Assembly (NCBI GenBank): GCA_964016885.1 | Contig: OZ024741.1 | Location: 71,362,001-71,426,000 of the forward strand | Origin: Eledone cirrhosa | Taxonomy: Eukaryota | Length of the DNA: 64,000 bases | Reading direction: 5' to 3' | Shown here: piece after piece, positions 56,903 through 64,000 of the stretch | Position numbering within the stretch: position 1 is the first letter of the stretch | Layout: each line of letters starts with the position of its first letter | Position numbers and translations under genes: made by a program | Notes under the pieces: model-generated | The model's database searches: none | Seen by the model: the letters and a program-made list of their open reading frames with translations, nothing else | What the model was told of the DNA's origin: nothing

Positions 56903-59900
56903 TCAGTTTCTCAGCAGAGCTGTTCTGATAGAGAACATATTGCAGGTGGCAGATAGCAATGCACTCACTACACTAGATATAATAGTTTGTTGTGATATAA
57001 GCAGGCTCCTGCCAGATGAACAAGCAAGCCTGGACCAACAGCAGTAAACTAGTAGGGAAGATGGAGCAACGGGTGACATTATTAGCTCCCAAGAAAACAC
57101 TCACAACCCAGGGATGTAGCTACAAAAAGGCGAATAAAGTCCACCTCTAAAAAAGCAGTCACAGATCTGAGATAAGTACCAAATTGGTGACTGACATGAA
57201 TAAGTCCACTAAAAAACTGCAATAAGAAACAGAAACAGAGAAGGTATCGTCCTTCACTCAGGATAACAAGGGATGCATTCAGGCCTTAGGTAGAGGGGCC
57301 TGTTAAAAATATATATTGCAGTTTCCATCCAATGCTGCAAGAACTGGCAATGAGCCTGTGACTTGTCATGGGGAGATGTGGCATGGATGTACAAAGGTTA
57401 CATATTTACATATTCCAAGACCCCAAAGAGGGTTCAGAAGGGAACAAACTTTAACAAATGGTAACGGGGTATTACAACCATTATAGGCAAGGAGCAGGAA
57501 GTAATGGAGAAGGCTAGATGCTACCAACTAGATATAGTCAGGGTTTCCTCTACAAAGTTCTGTGGCTTTGGTACTGTAAATTTTGATGGAGGATGGAAAC
57601 TCCACTAATCAGGTGTGGTGCCAGAAAAGACTGCACTGGCAGTCAGAATGTGTTATAGACTGGATCCCATTGGGAGGGAGGATTTGACTCTTGAAGCTTA
57701 GGCTGAATGAATGGTCTCTGTGGTTAGTGCAAGTTTATGTGCCAAACAGAGAGTCTTATATAGATCCTTCCTTGATGAAGTCACTGCAGCATTAGATGTA
57801 GTTAAGACTGAGTTGTATATCCTAATGGGAGACTTCAATGCACTTGTTGGCACTGACTACCTGACATTGAAAGGAGTGATTGGAAGGAATGGCAATCTCA
57901 ATCTAAGAATGAATGGAGAGGCCTTATTAGACTTCTGTTTTAGTAATAGGCTTTCTATTATGAACACCTTCCAGCACAAAGACATCCATAAATACATATG
58001 GTATAAGGGGAATCGGGGACAGAGATCAAGAATTGATTTTGTTATGGTCTTTGATCTCTTCGATTCTGTGCTAGACATTTGTGTTAAGAGAGAGGATGAG
58101 CTGTCAACTAATCACCCATAAAGTTATCTGCAAACTGAGACGACCTAAAGCCAAGAAAGCCCACAAAACTTGTAGGTCCAGCTCAACCTACAGCATAAAG
58201 TGAGAAGCACTGGCAGATAAGAAAGTCAGGAAGAGATATGTGGATACTATTACATGCAAATTCCGAGAACTCCCTGAAAAAAACTGAGGACATTGACAGA
58301 GTGGAGACTGTTTAATTCATCATTTTCAGATTCAGCTGTTAAATGCTGCAGACAAAGGCGGCTTGGCATGGTGCCGAGTGTAATGAGAACCCCTTGGTTC
58401 AATCAAGTGGTCAAAGATACCTTCTGAGCAAAGAAGGAGGCTTATAAAGATTGGCATTGAAAAAAAGTCCTCTTTCTTGCACTTGTGGTACAAGCAGGCA
58501 TGAAAAGTTAAGACTGGAATCTGACTACAGATCAGCAAATAAAGTGTTCTGGCAGACAATCCGCTGATCTTGTAATTAGAAGTCCTCCTCCACACCTGCT
58601 ATCAGGTATGTGTCCGGGTTTCTCCTCTCTTTGGAGAGGTGCATCCTTGCGAGATGGAGAGAATACTTTGCTGATCTCCTAAACCCAGTCACAACAGCAT
58701 CTTCTGATGTACACAAGGTGCATCTGGGAGCAATGACTAATCTCTCAGAGGGTGAGGTCACAAGAGCAATTATAGAGCTCAAATGTGGCAAGGCCGCTGG
58801 AGAGGATAAAATTTGACCCAAGATGTTAATACCTTAAATAGACAAAGTATTCTCCAGCTGACTCATGTGTGTTGGGTGGCCTGGATCTCTGGAAAGGCAC
58901 CTAAGCAATGACAACTGGGAATGATAATCCCAATTTTCAAAATGGGAGACAGAAAATGCTTCAATTATTGAGGGATCTCCTTATTAAGTTTCCAAAGAAA
59001 AGTCTATGCTGTGATGTAGAGATATTGTCGAGTCCAAGCTAGCTGATAAACAGTGAAGTTTTGGGGAAACCGTGGGAGTATTGTTGAACTTTATGATTGT
59101 TTTGTAGATCTTGAAAAGGTATATGACTGTGTTCCACAGGACCTGTTGTAGAAGGTTCTGTAGGAGTATGGGATTGATGGACAGTTTCTTGTTGCTCTGA
59201 TGTTCCTATAAGAATGCTTTAGTATTTATGTTCGGATAAATGGTTCTAAGTCAAAACCATTCAATGTGAGAGTCAGACTCTGCCAAGGGTTCATATTGTC
59301 ACCTCGACATATGCACAGCCAGGTTGGAAGTGGTATCAAGACTGGTGGGTATAAGATTAGTCAGCTGGAATTTGCAGATGACATGGTATTACCTAACCCG
59401 TCAGAAGTTGATCACTGACATGCACTTGATAGGTTTGCTGCTGAGTACTGCACAGCTATAATGAAAATCAGTGCTGAAAAGACTCAGACACTTATCCTCT
59501 CAAGGAAGCTTGCACAGTGCACTCTACATGTGAGTGGAGTTCCACTGAAGCAGATTGTGAAGTTCAAATATTTCAAGGTCAATATTATGAGTGATGGCAG
59601 ACAGGAGGCTGATTTAAATGCAATAATTGCAGGAGCTGGTGCAGTAATGCACCAGCTTCAACATTCAGTCCTCAGCAGAAGGGAGGTTTATGTAAAAGCC
59701 AAACTTGCTATGGTCATGAATCTTGGGTAATGACCGAAAGAATATGATCGTGAATACAAGCAGCCGATGTTGTTCCTCCAAAAGGTCTCAATAGAGTGTG
59801 TAGCATAGAAATCCAAGAGTTACTCCAGATAGAGCCACTACTTCTTTAAATTGAGAGATCACAGCTCCAATTCTACAGACATATGGTTAGAATGTCTCAG

Positions 59901-60118
59901 GAAAGAATCGCTGGACAGATTTTATGGGCAAAACCAACTGGCGGTAGACCCTTGGGTAGACCTCAAGCAAGATGGTTGGATAACATCCATGAGCTCCGAT
60001 GGTCTTGATCGGGGTTCCAGCTGGATCACTTAGAGATGGTTGCTTCTAGCAGGACCCACTGCAAGGCGTGCTTGATGACTGCTTCCACAACCCTCCCAGA
60101 GATAAGTGAAGAAGAAGA
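56903..60118 (+). mobile_element. RTE family C LINE, near full length but decayed
   Basis: APE start about 57460 (GKEQEV..YQLDIV), GDFNALVG, SRIDF, GKAAGEDKI, FVDLEK.YD.VP, FADD, FKY and a (GAA)n tail. Many stops. Inserted in a family-P MITE. Confidence 0.85.
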
Positions 60119-61070
60119 GTTTTAGATAAATATAATCACATTAACCTTTTAATTGGTATGGAAAGCCAGACTTGTTCCACACCTGCTCTCCTCTGTGCTG
60201 ATGCCATGACAAAAAGCACTCAGTTCACCCTGCACTGTGGTTGTTCTGGTCCCACAACAAAGTTCACCCTATAGGATGGGGTGGGGGGGTCATACTAGTG
60301 CCACAACAAAAAGCACTGTCCACCCTTGGTTGTGCTTGTACCATGACAAAAAAGCATCCAGTCCACCCTGTAAAGTGGTTGAACTGGTGTCACAATGAAG
60401 AGCACTTAGTTGAACCTGCAAAGTGGTACTGATGGTGCCTCAAGAAAAGCTGCAGTACACTGTAATGGGGTTGGCATTATGAAGGGTATCCAACCATAGA
60501 AAACCAAGCTAAAAGCAAATCCATATGAGCAAGATGCAGTGACAATGATGATTTTCAATGAAAAGTACTGCCTATAATTTTCAAATAATGTTGAAATTAA
60601 TCACAAATTTAGAAAGGTTTAGTAATGTAACTAACTTTCTCCTTATTAAGTTAGAGTTTGAAACATAACTTAAAGATTCTTAAATAGAATTATGATGAAA
60701 GGCTTTTAGATAAATATCAACTCTTTAAAGTAAACAGCTGTATCCTAAAATCAGGGACTGTTTCTGGAAGTTTAGTCACAAGGATTAATTTGAAACATAG
60801 TTAACCGTCAACTCCAAAGATACACCACTCTGACATCAAAGACACAGCTTTACAACACCAAAGACAAACCTCTGCAGCACCAAAGACACACTTTTCTGGC
60901 ATAATAGAGACACCTCCAGCATCAAAGACACTCCCTCTAACACAGAAAACATGTAAGCAACACCAAAGATATGCCAACAAATCTTATTTGTATGTACCTG
61001 GAAATATTCAAACTAAAGGATTTCATCAAAGGTGATGAAACTCTGAAGAAAAGAAATATTGAAAACTCAC

Positions 61071-61222
61071 CAGCATGAAGTTTCTTGAGTGACTCATAGG
61101 TAAAGAAACCAGTCCCAGAATACGGTATGCTACCAAGCATTGTTGGTGTAAACCCTCGATATAGTGTCCGTAAGCCTTCTTCTCGGTAAATTTTTACAAC
61201 CACTTCTGGTAAATTGTGGTAC
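61071..61222 (-). CDS. SLC25A42: SLC25A42-like internal exon (152 nt)
   Basis: ctgtag|G...GCTG|gtgagt. Encodes [50 protein letters not shown]. Phase 2/1. Confidence 0.93.
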
Positions 61223-61249
61223 CTACAGTAATTAAAGATTATAGATTGA

Positions 61250-61710
61250 TTATCTATCACACCACAGATCTATCTATCCATCCATCCACCCACCTACATA
61301 CCTATTCGTTTATCTATCCACCCATTCATTTATCTATTTATCTATCTATCTATCCATCCATTTATTTATCACCCACTCATCTATTTATCCATCCATCCTC
61401 CCACCTATCTATCTATCCATTTACCTATCTATCCTGCCATCTATCTGTCTACCTATTAATCCATCTACCCATCTGTCTGGTCCAGAGAACAGAGGCATAT
61501 TTGTATGGGGGTAAAGGAAAAGAAGTGGAGAGAGGTTAAGGAAGAGAGAGAGGGAATATAGAAAAAGAAGAGAGACAGGAGATAGAAAGTGGAAAATAGA
61601 AAATGAGGAGGTAGGGAGAGGAGGGAGAAAAGATTATAGAAGAGTGGGGTTAAGGAAGAGAGAGGCTTAGAAGAAAGAATAAGAGACAGGGAGAAATAAG
61701 AAAAAGAAAA
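61250..61710. repeat. (CTAT/CCAT)n tetranucleotide tract followed by a purine-rich tract
   Basis: Directly visible low-complexity sequence. Confidence 0.85.
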
Positions 61711-62657
61711 CTATCTGTGTATGCATGTGTGTTTATATTACTAAAGTTTGAAGGTTAATTTGTGAATAAAAGGTTTAAAATCAAGCTGAGGTCAACATTG
61801 CCTTTAATCTTTCCATGGTCACTAAAGTACCAGTTATATTTCTAAGGGTTCTTTTTAACAAAATAGCCTTTTCCCCTCAAACATCTGGTCTTGTGCTTAT
61901 GTTAGAATTTTTTTTTAGTTTAGTCACATGGGGGAAGGAAATTTCTCATGACCTTTTTTGTAGGACTCTAAAACTGATGAAGAAAGGAAGGACCCTTGAT
62001 TCATGAATTAACTTTCAGACCAGGTCAAACATGTAGCCTTACACTGGGCAATGGGTGAAGATTACCACTCAAAAAGAGGTGCAGCTTGTCTAAAGAGCTT
62101 CCAGTTTTCATCAACCCAATTCCACTCCCAAGGTTCAGGCTGAGCTGGGGCTATGGTATAAAGACCACAGTTTCATGTAATAGAATTGAAACTGAAAGTC
62201 TGTGATTGTGAAGCAAACTTCTTAATCCTACGGTCATAAAACTGCAACATGTATAATGTGACTGTAGTTAAGGAGTGTTTTGCAACCACTTGGTTTCAAG
62301 TTCAGTTCCACTGCATGACAATTGGGACAAGTGTCTTTTACTATAGTCTTGAATTGTACAATTCCTTGTGGGTAAAATTTAGCAAACAGAAATTACAGAA
62401 GCTTATTATATATGTGTGTATGTCTGTGTGTATATCCGTGTCCATGTTTACGTTTGTGTGTGTTAATAATATCCTGTAACTTAGTGGTTTGACAAAAAGA
62501 GATCAATAAAATATGTAGCAGACTTGAAAGAGCTAAGTACTTGGGTTAATACGATCAACTAAATCTCTAAGGTAGTAACCCCAGCATGGTTGCAGCCTAA
62601 TGACAAACGAGTAAAATAATAAAAGAACGATTTAGATAGAAGATTGTTTACAATCAC

Positions 62658-62774
62658 CTCTCCCTCGCTGTGACAGCCATCCGAGCGCGGACCATATCTA
62701 ATGGGTATGTAAAGGCAACTGCAGTCATACCAGCAAGAGCTCCAGCTAAAAATCTATTACCAGGAGTCAAATGT
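62658..62774 (-). CDS. SLC25A42: SLC25A42-like internal exon (117 nt, absent from the ORF track)
   Basis: tttcag|A...GAGAG|gtgatt. Encodes [38 protein letters not shown]. Phase 2/2 joins the next exon in frame; upstream exons lie beyond the window. Confidence 0.92.
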
Positions 62775-63775
62775 CTGAAAAATACAAAGTACAATTTCAT
62801 TACATATACAAATACATAAAGAGGACAGGGGTTTGGCAGAATTAGTAAAGCATCAGATAAAATGCCATTACGATATTTGTTGTGGCTCTTTACATTCAGA
62901 GTTCAAATCTAGCTGAGGTTAACTTTGCTTTTTATCTTTCCTGGGCTGAAAAAATAAAGAGCTAGGCAAATACTGGGGTTGATTTAATCAACTTTGCACT
63001 TTGCCCAAATCTGTTAGCCTTGAACCTAACTAAATTAGAAATTGATGTAAAGTTGATTGGCAGAATCATTAGAATGTGGATAAAATTTCTTGCAGTATTT
63101 GTTCTGACTCTTTGCATTCTAAGTCTAAATCCTGCCATGATCAACTTTACTTTTTGGGAAGGAAGGCAACAACACCAACAACAATGGACTGAGAAACATT
63201 GAAAATATCCATTCATCAGATATAGAAAATTAGATTTATAAAAGTCGAGCATGAAAATAAATTGATGAGGCATTCATTACACTAACTTTTAACTTTAGTA
63301 CAAGATCAACGTCATCATCGTTTAATGTCTATTTTCCATGCTTGCATGGGTTAGAAGGGACTTTGGGGCAGTATTTCTGCAGCCAGATACTTTTCTTGAT
63401 GCCAACTCATACTTTATAATTTTTAAAGTATGAGTTTGAACTAAGCTGAGAAACATTGTTGCAGAGTAACATAAACAAACATCACTGCTTGCTTTTGATA
63501 TGAAGATACATGTAGTAACTGACACATACACACACATTTATAATGGGCTTCCTAACAGTTTCCATCAACCAAATTCACTTAAAAAGCATTGATTGGTCAA
63601 AGGTTGTAGTAGAAGACAAATTGCACCGATTGTCATGCAGTTGGATTGAACCACATGATTTGTGGTTCCAAAGTGAACATCCTAACTACACAGTCATGCC
63701 TGTGTTTAATATAGTGTGTAAGAAATATATTTCATCTCTAGTTTTAATTTGTTATGAAAGTAGACAAATATGTTT

Positions 63776-64000
63776 TAACCTCTTTGTTACCATATTTGTA
63801 ATGAAAGATTTTCAAATAATTTTGAAAATAATGAAGAATTTGGAAGAATTTAGCAAGTTAACTTTTTAATCATTATGCTGGTATTTGGAAGATAAAGGTT
63901 TTTACATAAAATTATGATAGAAGATTTTTAGTTAAAAATATACACTTTAAAATAAACAGTTTTGTATCATAGAACAAGGGGCAGTTTTAGAAGGTTTGGT
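63776..64000 (+). mobile_element. Family-P (piggyBac-like) MITE, runs off the window
   Basis: ttaacctctttgttaccatattt...aaattatgatagaag...gaacaaggggcagttttagaaggtttggt. Confidence 0.6.

Noticed and set aside
60200-60470. Spaced direct repeats superficially like a CRISPR array
   Set aside because: Eukaryotic context, degenerate units, no unique spacers and no cas genes; the units belong to the RTE-tail module.
61216-61539. 107-aa His/Leu/Ser/Ile/Tyr-rich ORF
   Set aside because: Translation of a (CTAT/CCAT)n tract in an SLC25A42 intron.

Overview
AT-rich, microsatellite- and retroelement-dense animal genomic DNA. The RTE, Dong/R4, tRNA-SINE and (TA)n landscape suggests an octopus or other coleoid cephalopod; this is an inference. 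Two host genes are supported: an intronless DC-STAMP-domain gamete-fusion gene (DCST2/SPE-42-like, 4417-6693 +) and the last four coding exons of a mitochondrial CoA carrier (SLC25A42-like, minus strand, 62774 to 53456). The rest is mostly mobile DNA: several RTE LINE families, R4/Dong-type restriction-like-endonuclease LINE remnants, a Tx1/L1-type element, a CR1 tail, a mariner relic, Helitron-like and piggyBac-like non-autonomous elements, a Merlin-like foldback MITE with an 8-bp TSD, and many tRNA-derived SINEs. Three observations stand out. (1) At 35.4-37.0 kb, inverted repeats carry minimal type-I hammerhead ribozyme motifs on both strands, as in Penelope-like elements. (2) A young RTE family has a C4HC3 PHD-type finger inserted inside the reverse transcriptase domain. 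(3) A full tRNA cloverleaf has a GGA anticodon but no serine-type variable arm. Repeat boundaries were read by eye and are approximate unless stated as exact.
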